DNA of 64,000 nt from Candidatus Uhrbacteria bacterium RIFCSPLOWO2_01_FULL_47_25 (GCA_001791325.1 MGEK01000004.1:8566-72565); one strand, 5' to 3'; shown: positions 19,601-27,056, counted from the first letter of the stretch. Translations and numbers: made by a program. Notes: generated by a model from the letters alone, not told the origin.

Positions 19601-21356
19601 CGGAATAATCAGTCTTACGGGGGGCACATTTGAGCAGCGAGTAATCGCTAACAAAAATTTTGGTCCAACGACCGCCAGCACCAGCTGGACGTTTAGCACG
19701 CTCATTTTTTCTAACAGCAATGCTGGAGCCACGGAAATTATGATTTTTACTGAACCCTGTAGTACTTGCGGCGTGACCGTTAGCAGTATTCTTTATATTG
19801 GAAAATCTGGCGATGCGGTTGACGCGACAACTACTCTAAATGCTGAAGACAAAATTTGGACACTATCGGGCACGGGCGGCGATCCTTTCCAGATTTTGGC
19901 CTCACCAGCGGGCGATTTAGCGCCAGCTGCTGCCACTTTTGTTTACACTGGCAATAACGAGGCGGGTAATACCACAGTGCAGTCCGAAACCTACATTGGG
20001 TTAGAGTTTAACAACGGTTCAGAAATATATGCCTTGGAAGGGGAAACTAGTGGCAGCACGACAGTGACAATTACTGCCGGCACTTTGAATCTTAATGGAC
20101 AAACATTAACTTCTAACGGCAATCTCATTGTCAATGGTACGTTGTCAGGAGCAACTGATGTTATGGTGAATGGCAATGTTACTGGCAGTGGCATAGTAAC
20201 CTTGACCGGCGGTACGTTTGAGCAGGTTGTGTTTACCGACAAAACGTTTGGCTCAAGCTCTGGTACGAATACGTGGACTTTTAGTGGTTTGAAATTTAAT
20301 AACTCTAGCGGTGCGGCTGGCCGCACGATTACGCCAAACGCCGGTACGGGCGATGTAGTGGTTTCTGGAACACTGACGCTTGGCGACAGCGGAACGCAGA
20401 TAATTACCTTTAATAATGATACTAATGATAGAGTCTTTGACTTGAATGGCGCGATTCTTATATCAACCCAAGGCTCCTTTACTGCTTCAAATAGTGTCGC
20501 GTTCTCTGTAGCAAGTAATTTTACCAATAACGGCGCCTTTGCCCATTCCAGCGGTACCGTGACATTTGACACGACAGGCATAAGCATTCTCGCTGGCACC
20601 GGTTCGCCCGCCATAACTTTTTTCAATTTCACTTCAACCACGGCCGGAAAAACAATCAATTTTACAGCCGGACAAACTTTTAGAATAAACGGCAAATTGA
20701 CTATTTTGGGCGCTGACCTAAATCCGGTTAATCTTCATTCAACTTCATCTCCGACGCTATGGACAATAAATCATCAAGGAACAGAAAGCGTGCAATACGC
20801 CGATATAGACGATAGCGCTTGCGACGGTAGTAGCAACATCAGTCTTGATAGCACGTCCACCGGCACTAACGATGGGACTTGTTGGCTTTTCCCGAGTTTG
20901 TCTTTCACCATCAGTCCGACAAGCGTTAGTCTTAATTTAACATCCCCGACTTTTACTACGACGGCCACTAATACATTGACCGTGACCGCGCGAGCTGAAT
21001 TTGGCTATACTTTGACTGCGTATGAAACTGGCGTGCTAACACATACGGCATATCCGAGCAAGACCATAGATGATTGGACTGGCATCCATCCAACTGGTTC
21101 GGCTTGGTCAAGTACTTGTATCGCGGCAAGTGAATGCGGTTTTGGTTATAATACGAGCGACGCTGATATTGGCATGAGTACTAATTATTCCGCTTTTGCC
21201 GGTTTATTAGACGCGCCCGGCGACGCCGTGGCGAGTTCCTCGGGACCAGTCACTGGCGAGGCCACCACCATCACCTACCGCTCTTCAGTTAGCGCCATTC
21301 AAGCCGCTGGGCCATATCAGACGACCATTATATATATAGTGACGCCACAGTTCTAG
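7686..21356 (+). CDS. Giant (4,556 aa) cell-surface adhesin-like protein; start may be ATG 7695
   Basis: Basic N-terminus plus TM; Pro/acidic linker; two homologous Ig-like modules (TWGVL..N.D..VY); about 3,000 aa of Thr/Gly/Ser beta-helix-like repeats; C-terminus YQTTIIYIVTPQF (WxL-like). Confidence 0.85.
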   Translation: MVKMSKLLGAKKRKNPAHHGRNKPVARGQRQETRAKKRLKERVLGVIQRQVKLRELKVLARRGVIGTVVVVLFISSLFVRAEPNPLLVHEVIYPQSCRGTWQGMNNIFTQELDARAEADDFNKTNSAMPALGEPTVAAVPGKEEYNAFTVSLPILDQQSNVDTLMDQPSDTDQDLQLIIPPIIPSQEESPVENAPSQNTPIEDNDNNSENKSLENAPSEQVLGEEDKADDSSQPVTDEQLSTEKSNEEQEQPLSPPSQPQPQEPLDTQLFPEPETKPLAPPDDTLPMPTEPPATEPSGAEPSSTDQPIINFNNLLDKLINKALAEEDAILNTDTNASTADTNGAETKVDSNSEADGFSVEDIVKSVAEKIGDIVSDSADKVSEIIAPITAEPVDIQNLTPGTPSLETKPEAEDSPSLLGTLFDAVGQAISAITDLISPLPPSVLEAPSFAIQDSNILKTENGTMACADFTPPATTQIEQASLGLSYTLKDQSPLPNEQSGFLWAEYTQDRQNWMILSSIEDTNSSVESAYHLFNFPPDFDAGRISETIVRLRWFGKYDEPEIFIDSLWLDVARLGDSEQEKPSELKTAKKDFAAFEDPVFNLSFDPQVPLSAKRGVIFDNSQSQSIIEKYKERYKQWLESWANFIIQKPLSFARNALAQSPSADQATPNDAALWHETNLDISARLLTKDYGPTDIVPELLRLNSGQFKISLAARAFRPGAYILQTTIQKGESVQTLEQDFTWGVLVVNTDQSVYKTGDEASFFFGVLNDKGETACDATLEAKITDPAGQAVTLATADGTIKSSSSCAKNSVTDTPDYGATYHTTTAGTYALAVTATTVEGSHTITDTFSAQDDLPYRVRRRGASRIYPLAKYEMSIEVTARNDFKGTVTERVPLDFIVTPSSNFVITAVEDAQALTWDVALQAGESQNFTYEYNAPDISPAIFHLGEFSLTASGADQPIFIEPNQWEIASDGLDPVIIHAPEVALRPEVRGKAERLAREVPLPENVPHHTRSMEGNFESRKMNRPVSLALAREQVPPNAKISVVDAYGKEITDGIVVNTEEDTMTVDINPDAKGMRPGKYTLYVTDPDTEEVLAEQDYTWGVLAFNPDYAVYPPNTTANLSFGVLDDAGRVLCDAALVAIIADPSGNETVLGTGDGSIRVNEECYQMEDTQKPDYEANFDTTIPGIYQMTIIAKSKNGERTLNDSFSVDPNAAFYLKRTGPTRTYHPATYNYSLDFTAKEAGTYDITEKVPASFTITGDGFTVTEQDQTKILHWQVTAVAGETKTLAYRFKGPPLSPYLFLLGAAEVKTSSPNQTWVEPREWMLASDNACSSDVDPSGNWNTAGSWTSCGGVVPTTTDTVAIVDGDTITIDSAPNSVISVNINLGGTLNGGSATLNINNTAASGTSFTNSGTWTSSTGTVNFGSDVALTMLSGSFIGSNNFNNITHTFTPTAARTYTVGAAVEIGGNWTSTPGSTSNARDLTINLSGATTVTGTLTLDGRGCNNGAADGTASTTQFSTNGQNLTVRAIVVDGITNGDGCRFTTANSSVVTFTGTGTTTLFTLGQTGSTALMTTGTTTEWDVTSVSGTPTLFSTSGTTITVHILKIAASATIVNLGAAFTIDANSGNKLWINSGILNQENRTITAGASATLQIDSGGTLCLGGTTASTTANCASGATQATAQAMPSFTTYTFDAASTVSYLSNANVVFSSTPNYGNLTLNPVLISTNRTYTPGGAMTINGDFTINPNESFTDTPSLTVDPLNNYTVASGKTTTITKTNAATSVLILPLAVSQYLSTGKLVIASGGTLNGAISSATIIIKDTGAAFTNSGTYTYGLTKVSYTNTTSSTVLGMTGTSGTNGYYDLDINGTGGTHTLGANTTANNATTITAGTLNTSAASSFTLTTSTLSITGGLTANASFINITGAGAAFTKSGTFTYGTSTVEYTNATGATVLSMNNVGSTNAYYTIWVANGSHTLGGDIRVYGDLASVSGTLSDATDSVTVVGSVTCFAAFACGTITFTGGTFTQIVAANQTFGTNASDSTIDWTFNNLTFDSSSGSNTITLGNIGLTGTGQIIVNGTLTIGTGGTMTTLQADTYDRIIDANIVTITSKGILFASSSALFTVAGAFTHTSGGTFTHSNGIVTFDGTAALNFVNNTTTFYDVVVATGVTRTITAGASNVLTIANTLTINGTGRMVSFSSEQLYLTKNGETPLIVGGATAVNGLTLVVYRPAGTATNVAATTYNYLYILPTAATTLTLLGATTVNVNLLVTGPGAGIVATLDTNGQTLNVVGAVVAGFGTPGAVIIGASTVDVDGDVLIWDVSGSYISMTSGSLNVGGNWSNGANSVFTAGTGTVTFDAADAGNTIATGGTDSNHDFYDVIFDNSAGSWIFQTNDVLISNNLTVTNTSATGVNASVNVTVNGSVTGAGVINITNSVTFTQKVAAVSKTFGTTSGANDWTFYNLAFENSSGPRTIDTNGGSGQIIVSNTLTIGNADDSTVTTLDNNTTNDRIIDANIVTITSKGSLTASSSALFTIAGDFTNNGTFTHSSGTVTFDGASANINIPDAGITFYKVIIDISSPNAKTLVNGATIAVMTVANTLTVNGTGALTSGGGNEQVKLTKDGDTGGVPLTVGGATAVSGVAAFIYAPAGAATTVTGTTYSSLTINPTAATTLTLGEAVITSGALYVFGPNSTTAATLNTNNYDLTVGGALFVGAWYLGYADGVVNLGSSTVTVSGDVWIMQDTGSELDAGSSTLTVGGNWVWFSAFSSGGIFTAGTSTVKFNAGDAGNTIDAGAGAFNNVIFDNAAGSWTFQTTAATISGDLTMTAATQVNASVNVTVNGNVSCGVTCGTINITNAVTFTQSVDAAKNFGTSVVDDATVWTFSSLTFTATTDTITTSSNGTGNINVTGTLTISGSTTLDAGDRNWVLSGAGTPFARTGTFTGNTSTFNYTSTTGVDALSSAAMTGSNAYYNLTINSSGDTFTAGVAVAATNKVLVTAGILAMGANALTAGSTGVTDSGQISVASGHSLTSSGTVTIVSSAASTASCLGGTTLPGCTGAVGTLTLSTLVIGDGATTMTTAFGGTTPSMAISTLLNITTNATFTAGTGSTITLSAAGTPITRDGNFRCGTSTVAYTSSTGVDALSSAAMTGDCTTGNAFYNLVINGTNNFPVTNDIIVTNNLTVTAGSLTGTSNVTANSNVACGVTCGSITLTGGTFLQSVGDAKNFGTNVDEDDTWTFNNLTFTATTDTITTSSNGTGNINVTGDLTISGSTTLDAGDRTFVLSGSSGSPFVKTGTFTYNTSTIKYTGTTVTVLSMTGTGGSDGYYNLTVDGTGPFNAGGAIVANNDVTVTSGTLAMGANALTVNGGDISVSGIFSQTAGSATTVVTTGSIGGAGTTTFGELNIGTGSSDQTTTAGGDFTVSGVLTTVSSSSTNNFDASSKTITLSGTGTPFVNNETFTYGTSTIKYTGSDTTTVLAMTGTGGTNGYYKLITQGTGPFNAGGSITANNNINITSGTFAVGGNTLIGANITVDGGSLSATTSGGKIKISGGGDLSVTSGSIVTADVATPVEITSSDTATPTYVGVSVTGASSTINIPELDIDYLKSTGFVVGASVTVTAMDKVRWGGSGGTWNGQAAVGEVLLDATSLTKTLDGHVFPNTWASQGGSDCNVRANTDGTVTMTNFSGTYSGEDYDCDNGGTVTWVSGLSIAGTVYTDEGSTRMTTGPTVRVKVDGAGDFSDVADTTNCPGSSPCGEYLITGVTPTDSGAVLTIYLDDETENATTVTISSGLDLTGIDLYQNRVIVRYETGSSITNTNLDQYDWVNEGDANIDGDIGFQVTAGALTVSKDRELHIWTGKTFTPGGSVTTNTGGSGVGGDVHIVGIFTATTTESHSVGGSWTDTGTFNPASSTVTFAATSGTKTITSTGSSFYNLIINGSGGEFQPQDAMVVTNDLTITAGTLSGTQNVTVNGHAVGTAGIISLTGGTFEQRVIANKNFGPTTASTSWTFSTLIFSNSNAGATEIMIFTEPCSTCGVTVSSILYIGKSGDAVDATTTLNAEDKIWTLSGTGGDPFQILASPAGDLAPAAATFVYTGNNEAGNTTVQSETYIGLEFNNGSEIYALEGETSGSTTVTITAGTLNLNGQTLTSNGNLIVNGTLSGATDVMVNGNVTGSGIVTLTGGTFEQVVFTDKTFGSSSGTNTWTFSGLKFNNSSGAAGRTITPNAGTGDVVVSGTLTLGDSGTQIITFNNDTNDRVFDLNGAILISTQGSFTASNSVAFSVASNFTNNGAFAHSSGTVTFDTTGISILAGTGSPAITFFNFTSTTAGKTINFTAGQTFRINGKLTILGADLNPVNLHSTSSPTLWTINHQGTESVQYADIDDSACDGSSNISLDSTSTGTNDGTCWLFPSLSFTISPTSVSLNLTSPTFTTTATNTLTVTARAEFGYTLTAYETGVLTHTAYPSKTIDDWTGIHPTGSAWSSTCIAASECGFGYNTSDADIGMSTNYSAFAGLLDAPGDAVASSSGPVTGEATTITYRSSVSAIQAAGPYQTTIIYIVTPQF

Positions 21357-21357
21357 T

Positions 21358-21512
21358 GAAGAATATGGAATATTGAATATGGAATATAGGGATGTGCTGT
21401 GAAGAATATGGAATATTGAATATGGAATATAGGGATCGTTGATTTGAGAAAATTAATTGAAGAATATAAAATTTAGAATATAGGGATCGAACGGTGGAGA
21501 ATATTGAATATA
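21358..21512 (+). repeat. GAATAT(N) heptamer arrays upstream of four-helix-bundle gene 1
   Basis: Several runs of gaatatg/gaatatt/gaatata; 21382-21527 is identical to 26922-27067. Confidence 0.9.
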
Positions 21513-21516
21513 CATT

Positions 21517-22953
21517 ATGAAAAGTGAGATTAAGTCATTTAGAGATTTGGTGGTATGGCAAAAAGCATCTGCTTTGGCAACTTTGCTGTATAAAGTTACG
21601 GAAAATTTTCCTAAAACAGAAATATATGGAATAACAAGTCAGATGCGACGGGCAGCGGTATCGGTTTCTTCTAATATTGCCGAGGGATTTAAAAGAAATT
21701 CAAAAAAAGAAAAAGTGCAGTTTTATTCAATGGCTTATGGGTCTCTTTCGGAATTGGAAAGTCAAATAGAAATTTCTTTTCGTCTGGAATATTTAACAAT
21801 TACTAACTACGATCAAATTTTATCCGCAATCAACGAAGTTTCTCGACTCCTAGACGGTATTATTAGGTCCACTAATAGAAATTATCAAAGTAGGTTTGAT
21901 GTTCTCGTTGCTGTATCTATATTCTATATTCTATATTCTATATTCCCAATCTCACCGGCTAATGCTGGTGAAATTGGTCTGGCTGTCACAAGAAACCGCT
22001 TTGATATTGAGATGCTCTCGGGCGACACATACAAGGGTGATTTAGCCGTGTATAATAAATCAGCAGACGCCGCCTTGCCTGTGCACGTGGAATTGGCGCT
22101 CTGGAACATTAAAGAGGATTCTGAAGATATTGAGTTTGTTCAAGCGGAGTCATTGCTTAATGCCACACGTTGGTTTGAGGTTCAGCCGAAAGATTTTATT
22201 TTAGACCAAGGCGGCGATAGGCAAATTAAGTTTGAGATCACGGCTCCCAAAGACGCTTCGCCCGGAGCGTACTTGGTAATGATGCGTTTTCAGGCGGTTT
22301 TGCCGGAACATTATTTTTTGAAAGAAGGTCCAAGATTTTTGCCCGAGATTGGCGTTTTGTTTTTCATCAATGTCAGAACACTGGCCATTGACAGCGCGGC
22401 AGAAAATAATCGCTTAAATATCGTTTCATTTGAACCCGAAGGGACGCATCGCTTAACTTTTATTGACCGTTACGTGGTAAGTCCTGCCAATGCTGGCGTA
22501 TTTGACGAAGCAGTAAAAAAATTAGTGGCTAAAATTGAAAATAAAAGCATCTATTATTTTAAAGCCTCCGGCTTTGTCGTTATTAAAAACTTGTTTGGCC
22601 AGACAGTGTCACTCATTAAAATTCCCGAAAAATTTTTACTTCCCAACCGTACTCGCAGCATCCCCATCACCGTTATCACACCACCAACGGAACAATCAAA
22701 ATCCAATATTCTATATTCCATATTCTATATTCTTCAACAACAAACATACCTCGGCCCCTACACCGCGACACTAACGCTCAACGTTCCATCAAGCAATGGG
22801 GGAGTAGAGCCAATTTCAGAATCAATCAATTTCTGGATTATCCCATGGAAGTTTTGGTCGGCCGTTATTATTATAGCGTTGTTAATCGCGTTCATTATAT
22901 TAAAATTGCGGCGTCGGCTTCGGCCGGCACTAAGTGCGCTGATCGGACGCTGA
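21517..22953 (+). CDS. Four-helix-bundle (23S rRNA IVP/Avd-like) domain fused to a DUF916/WxL-interacting-like surface protein
   Basis: FRDLVVWQKA, FPKTEIYGITSQMRRAAVSVSSNIAEG, YGSLSELESQ; then hydrophobic IFYILYSIFP-ISPANA; Ig-like body; C-terminal TM and basic tail. Confidence 0.85.
   Translation: MKSEIKSFRDLVVWQKASALATLLYKVTENFPKTEIYGITSQMRRAAVSVSSNIAEGFKRNSKKEKVQFYSMAYGSLSELESQIEISFRLEYLTITNYDQILSAINEVSRLLDGIIRSTNRNYQSRFDVLVAVSIFYILYSIFPISPANAGEIGLAVTRNRFDIEMLSGDTYKGDLAVYNKSADAALPVHVELALWNIKEDSEDIEFVQAESLLNATRWFEVQPKDFILDQGGDRQIKFEITAPKDASPGAYLVMMRFQAVLPEHYFLKEGPRFLPEIGVLFFINVRTLAIDSAAENNRLNIVSFEPEGTHRLTFIDRYVVSPANAGVFDEAVKKLVAKIENKSIYYFKASGFVVIKNLFGQTVSLIKIPEKFLLPNRTRSIPITVITPPTEQSKSNILYSIFYILQQQTYLGPYTATLTLNVPSSNGGVEPISESINFWIIPWKFWSAVIIIALLIAFIILKLRRRLRPALSALIGR
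21916..21945 (+). repeat. TCTATAT heptamer array (reverse complement of the upstream array), translated in frame
   Basis: tctatattctatattctatattctatattc encodes SIFYILYSIF. Confidence 0.9.
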
Positions 22954-23030
22954 ATATGTGGAACGCTGAATTTACGCTGATAACGACGCTGATCGGACGC
23001 TGAATATGTGGAACGCTGATATTTACGCCG
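22937..23030 (+). repeat. ACGCTGA array upstream of the GxxExxY gene
   Basis: About 9 cgctga/cgccga units, including a 33-bp direct repeat (22937-22969 = 22987-23019). Confidence 0.9.
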
Positions 23031-23031
23031 A

Positions 23032-23463
23032 ATGGATATGAACAAGGTTAAGGATTTCTTGTATGAAAAGGAGTCGTATCAGATTAGAGGAGCGTGTTTT
23101 GATGTTTATAAAGCATTTGGTGGAGCATTTAAGGAAAAAATAGTGGATCGGGCGCTTACTAAATCTCTGGCTAAACGCGGATTAAAAGTGGACGAACAAA
23201 AACGTATAAACATTTTGTATGATGGTGAAAAAATTGGTACCTATATTCCCGACAAAATCGTAAATGATGCTATTATTTTAGAAGTGAAGGCAAAAAGTTT
23301 TATCACCAAAGATGATATAGATCAATTTTGGAAATATTTGAAAGGGTCAGACTATAAATTAGGATTCCTTGTAAATTTCGGTCCGGCAAAATTAGAAATA
23401 AAAAGAGTGGTATATGATTCAGCCAGACCAGTTCGGCGTGTTTCGGCGTCCTTATCGGCGTGA
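23032..23463 (+). CDS. GxxExxY family protein (PD-(D/E)XK nuclease fold)
   Basis: SYQIRGACFDVY..FGGAFKEKIV; IPDKIV..IILEVKA; LGFLVNFG. Confidence 0.88.
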   Translation: MDMNKVKDFLYEKESYQIRGACFDVYKAFGGAFKEKIVDRALTKSLAKRGLKVDEQKRINILYDGEKIGTYIPDKIVNDAIILEVKAKSFITKDDIDQFWKYLKGSDYKLGFLVNFGPAKLEIKRVVYDSARPVRRVSASLSA

Positions 23464-23505
23464 ATCAGCGTTTATATCAGCGTATTCATCAGCGTAAGTC
23501 GGCGG
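23432..23505 (+). repeat. TCAGCGT/TCGGCGT array downstream of the GxxExxY gene
   Basis: About 7 units; reverse complement of the upstream unit. Confidence 0.9.
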
Positions 23506-23552
23506 TATTATGGTTATCCACAGGCGGGCTTGTGTCAATTCTATTACTTTTA

Positions 23553-23561
23553 TGATATAAT
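23553..23561 (+). promoter_or_regulatory. Extended -10 promoter element
   Basis: TGaTATAAT about 50 bp upstream of the ATG at 23614. Confidence 0.5.
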
Positions 23562-23613
23562 TCATTCAATATTAATAAGTCCTAATTATTAAAAATCGTA
23601 ATTCATTCTAAAT

Positions 23614-24882
23614 ATGGTCAAAAAACTACGCAAATATCAACGATTTACAGTAGTTTACGTTTTAATTTTTTCAATAATAACTTTCTTTTCGGGCGCGCAT
23701 ATTTGGGGGCTGTTGCCGCCAGCTCGTGCGGCTGCTCTCACCAGTGTGAAAGACGTGCTCTCGACGTCAGAGTCGGGCGCCAACGCGAACCATACAATTC
23801 AGTTCGTAACTCCTTCAGGAGTACTACTCTCAACCCATACAGTGACACTCACATTTGACGGCTCACCATTGTTTGACGTTAGCGGCCTTGATGAAGATGA
23901 TGTGGATATGAGCGAAGACACTACGGGTGATATTGGCGATTGTGGCTCATTTGCTACGGCTAAGACCACTATAGCTGGAGCACCTGACGGCACCAACTGG
24001 GGTGTTACTTTCTCCGGTCAGACCATTGTATTCACACATCCTTCTGGTGATGATAACCAAGACATTGCCGCCGGTGCGTGTGTTCAGATAAGGATCGGCG
24101 ATGGTACTGTGGCTATGGACTCAGGCACGGGCGATGCTCAGATTAATAATCCGGCTGGTAACGGCGATGGTGTGGCTGAAATTGAAACAATTGACATTGC
24201 CACCGATAGCACCGTAGACGACAGCGGCACAGCTATGACCGCCACCGTAGAGGGTGTGGCCGTGAGTGTTACTGTTGATGAAAGTTTAGCCTTCTCTATA
24301 GCGGTCGTAACATCCGGTAACTGTACAGAAGGCGGAGGCGGGACCGCGGTTACCACGACAGCAACAACCGTGCCGTTTGATAGTATCGCGCTTGCCGTGA
24401 ACACTTTTTATAGAGGTTGCCATGATTTGACGGTGAGCACTAATGCGGCAAACGGCTATACCACAACTGTCGAAGAAAATAAAAGTTTAATTCGCACCGG
24501 TACTGATGGGGGCGACAAGACAATCAATGATGCTATTTGTGATGCGGGTGACGACTGTACCTCGGCCATTGGTGCTGGGACGACGTCGCCTTGGGCCACG
24601 GCCACTGCCAATCACGGTTTTGGCTATACATGCAGTGGCAGCGCTTGTGACGCTGCTTTCGCTACAGCTGCTGAATTTAATGCCTTTCCTTGCCGTAGTT
24701 CAACAGCGTCAGATTGTGATCCTGTTGATGGACCACTGGCTCTGGCTACCCCGATTTCGTCAGGAGGAGTTCCCGTCAGTGCTCAAACTTCAAGAATTGT
24801 ATACAAGCTTTCGTTTTCCGCCACTCAACCGGCTGGAACTTACGGTAACACTATTACCTATATAACAACCCCGACATTTTAG
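23614..24882 (+). CDS. Secreted WxL-like surface protein
   Basis: Signal peptide ending PARA; LTVSTNAANGY, GFGY, QPAGTYGNTITYITTPTF homologous to the giant protein's C-terminus. Confidence 0.75.
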   Translation: MVKKLRKYQRFTVVYVLIFSIITFFSGAHIWGLLPPARAAALTSVKDVLSTSESGANANHTIQFVTPSGVLLSTHTVTLTFDGSPLFDVSGLDEDDVDMSEDTTGDIGDCGSFATAKTTIAGAPDGTNWGVTFSGQTIVFTHPSGDDNQDIAAGACVQIRIGDGTVAMDSGTGDAQINNPAGNGDGVAEIETIDIATDSTVDDSGTAMTATVEGVAVSVTVDESLAFSIAVVTSGNCTEGGGGTAVTTTATTVPFDSIALAVNTFYRGCHDLTVSTNAANGYTTTVEENKSLIRTGTDGGDKTINDAICDAGDDCTSAIGAGTTSPWATATANHGFGYTCSGSACDAAFATAAEFNAFPCRSSTASDCDPVDGPLALATPISSGGVPVSAQTSRIVYKLSFSATQPAGTYGNTITYITTPTF

Positions 24883-24959
24883 TTGAGCATTGGACGGTAT
24901 TGAATAATTTAATATCATTATCAACTCCGCCCACATGATACTATAGCGGTAATGTTGTC

Positions 24960-25904
24960 ATGAAAATTCGCTACTCGCCATCATCCTTTATTGCTTTTTT
25001 AGTCGGTGGATTAACGGTGGGCGTGATCATGTCGCCAACCGCAGTGATGGCGCAAGCAGTAAAAACTCTCACTATCTCACCCCTCACTTTTGAACTAACC
25101 GCCAATGCGGGCGAGACTATATCTAATGTCTTAAAGATATATAACAATAACGATTTTAATATATCAGCCAACATTGATGTTGAAGATTTTGCTCCGGCCG
25201 GAGAGACCGGTCAAGCAGTGGTTACCGAACCGCAGGAGGATAATACCTATTCTTTGGCTCGTTGGATTACGGTTGAGGAAGAAACATTTGAAATAGAGGC
25301 ACAAAATTTTCGGCCGATTACTTTTCATGTTAACGTTCCCCTGAACGCCGAGCCGGGAGGGCACTACGGAACAGTACTTGCTTCTATCGCCGATGGTGGT
25401 GGCGAGGGCGGAGTTAGCGTGGCATCTAAAGTAGGCGCGCTTTTACTGCTTCAGGTGGCTGGTACGGCTAAAGAGTCTCTAAACGTCGCCAGTATGGGAG
25501 CGCCGAATTTTTCCGAATACGGGCCCGTAACCATTGCCACGAGATTCCAAAATACTGGCACTGTCCATTTAAAGCCGCGGGGGTTTATTTTAGTGCAAAA
25601 TATGTTTGGCCAAGAAACAGCCAAATTAAATTTAGACCAGAAAAATGTGTTGCCTAACTCGGTGCGTAGGATAGAATCAAAATTAGACGAGAAATGGCTA
25701 TGGGGTAAATATACGGCGACCTTGACGGCGATTTACGGTTCAACCAATGAGCCACTTTCTTACACCACAACTTTTTGGGTGATCCCTTGGCGGGTGAGTT
25801 TGGCTGTCGGCCTCATACTATTGATCGTTTTCATTATTCTTTATCGGGCTCGTCGGCGGATATTTTTGGCGCTCAAAATTCTCTTAAAGGGTGAACATAG
25901 TTGA
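24960..25904 (+). CDS. DUF916/DUF3324-like (WxL-interacting-like) membrane-anchored protein
   Basis: Signal peptide; LTISP..FEL; PGGHYG; FQNTGTVHLKPRG; VLP..VR; C-terminal TM and RARRR. Confidence 0.7.
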   Translation: MKIRYSPSSFIAFLVGGLTVGVIMSPTAVMAQAVKTLTISPLTFELTANAGETISNVLKIYNNNDFNISANIDVEDFAPAGETGQAVVTEPQEDNTYSLARWITVEEETFEIEAQNFRPITFHVNVPLNAEPGGHYGTVLASIADGGGEGGVSVASKVGALLLLQVAGTAKESLNVASMGAPNFSEYGPVTIATRFQNTGTVHLKPRGFILVQNMFGQETAKLNLDQKNVLPNSVRRIESKLDEKWLWGKYTATLTAIYGSTNEPLSYTTTFWVIPWRVSLAVGLILLIVFIILYRARRRIFLALKILLKGEHS

Positions 25905-25970
25905 AGAATATAGAATACAGAATCTAGAATAGAGAACTTGGAACATGGAATTTAAAACATGGAATTTAAA
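25902..25970 (+). repeat. Degenerate GAA-heptamer array that includes the next gene's start codon
   Basis: gaatata gaataca gaatcta gaataga gaacttg gaacatg gaattta aaacATG gaattta. Confidence 0.8.
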
Positions 25971-26894
25971 ACACAGATTATCATTTTTTGCGGTTGTGTT
26001 GTCGTTGGTTCATTTTTCGTCATAGCGAGCAACCACGTTATTGCGCAATCAAATTCGCAGGGCGTAGGCGTTTCCATTACTATTGAGCAAACAACAACGC
26101 CGCCTCCCACTCCGCCGCCTAGCGGTGGCGGAGGAGGTGGTGGTGGAAGTACAGTTATTGTTCCATCGCCAACGGATATCGCCACATTTGTAATGAAAGG
26201 TAAGGCTTATCCAAAAGCGATAATAACGATACTGCGCAACGGCGCAGTTACTAAAACGCTGATTGCTGGAAACGACGGATTATTTGAAGCGACCATCTCC
26301 GGATTGCCTGCTGGTTTGCAGACTTTTGGCGTGTACGCGCAAGATACTGAAGGGAAAAAATCCGTCACTTTAAGTTTTACCTTAAGCCTATTGGCTAATA
26401 TGACGACCACGCTGGAGGGCTTAATTATACCGGTAACCATAGAAATATCTTCGCCGGTCGTAAATCAAGGTAATCCATTATTTATATATGGTCAGTCGTT
26501 TCCGGAAAGCAATATCAGTCTTTTTATTCAATCAAAAGAAGTAGTTAAAACGACAGCCACTAAGCCGAGCGGCAATTGGCGATATGAATTGGATACGGCG
26601 CCATTGGATTTGGGCGATCACGCGGTTCGCGCGAAAGCGCAGGCCTTAACCGGCGAGCAGAGTGAGTTTTCAGAAACCAAATTTTTTCGGGTAATACCGA
26701 AAGGAGCTCATGGGACGCCCGGCAGTTGTCCTGCGGATTTGAATGATGATAATCGTGTAGATATTACTGATTTAAGTATTTTATTGTATAATTGGGGCAC
26801 GCCAAAGAATACTCGCGCTGATTATAATAAGGATGGCAGGGTTGATATCGTTGACTTTTCAATTCTGCTTTACTATTGGGGAACGTGTGTATAG
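25959..26894 (+). CDS. Secreted Ig-like protein with a C-terminal dockerin domain
   Basis: Duplicated Ca-binding loops DLNDDNRVDITDLSILL / DYNKDGRVDIVDFSILL; Pro/Gly linker. Confidence 0.85.
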   Translation: MEFKTQIIIFCGCVVVGSFFVIASNHVIAQSNSQGVGVSITIEQTTTPPPTPPPSGGGGGGGGSTVIVPSPTDIATFVMKGKAYPKAIITILRNGAVTKTLIAGNDGLFEATISGLPAGLQTFGVYAQDTEGKKSVTLSFTLSLLANMTTTLEGLIIPVTIEISSPVVNQGNPLFIYGQSFPESNISLFIQSKEVVKTTATKPSGNWRYELDTAPLDLGDHAVRAKAQALTGEQSEFSETKFFRVIPKGAHGTPGSCPADLNDDNRVDITDLSILLYNWGTPKNTRADYNKDGRVDIVDFSILLYYWGTCV

Positions 26895-26898
26895 TTGT

Positions 26899-27052
26899 AA
26901 GAATATGGAATATAGAATATTGAATATAGGGATGTGCTGTGAAGAATATGGAATATTGAATATGGAATATAGGGATCGTTGATTTGAGAAAATTAATTGA
27001 AGAATATAAAATTTAGAATATAGGGATCGAACGGTGGAGAATATTGAATATA
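26899..27052 (+). repeat. GAATAT(N) heptamer arrays upstream of four-helix-bundle gene 2
   Basis: Same arrays as 21358-21512. Confidence 0.9.
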
Positions 27053-27056
27053 CATT

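Noticed and set aside
8230-20968. Numerous antisense and alternative-frame ORFs within the giant gene
   Set aside because: Shadows of a Thr/Gly/Ser-rich, stop-poor coding strand; no motifs.
21358-23505. Repeat arrays as a CRISPR array
   Set aside because: Units are 7-10 bp with no unique 30-40 bp spacers, and there are no cas genes.
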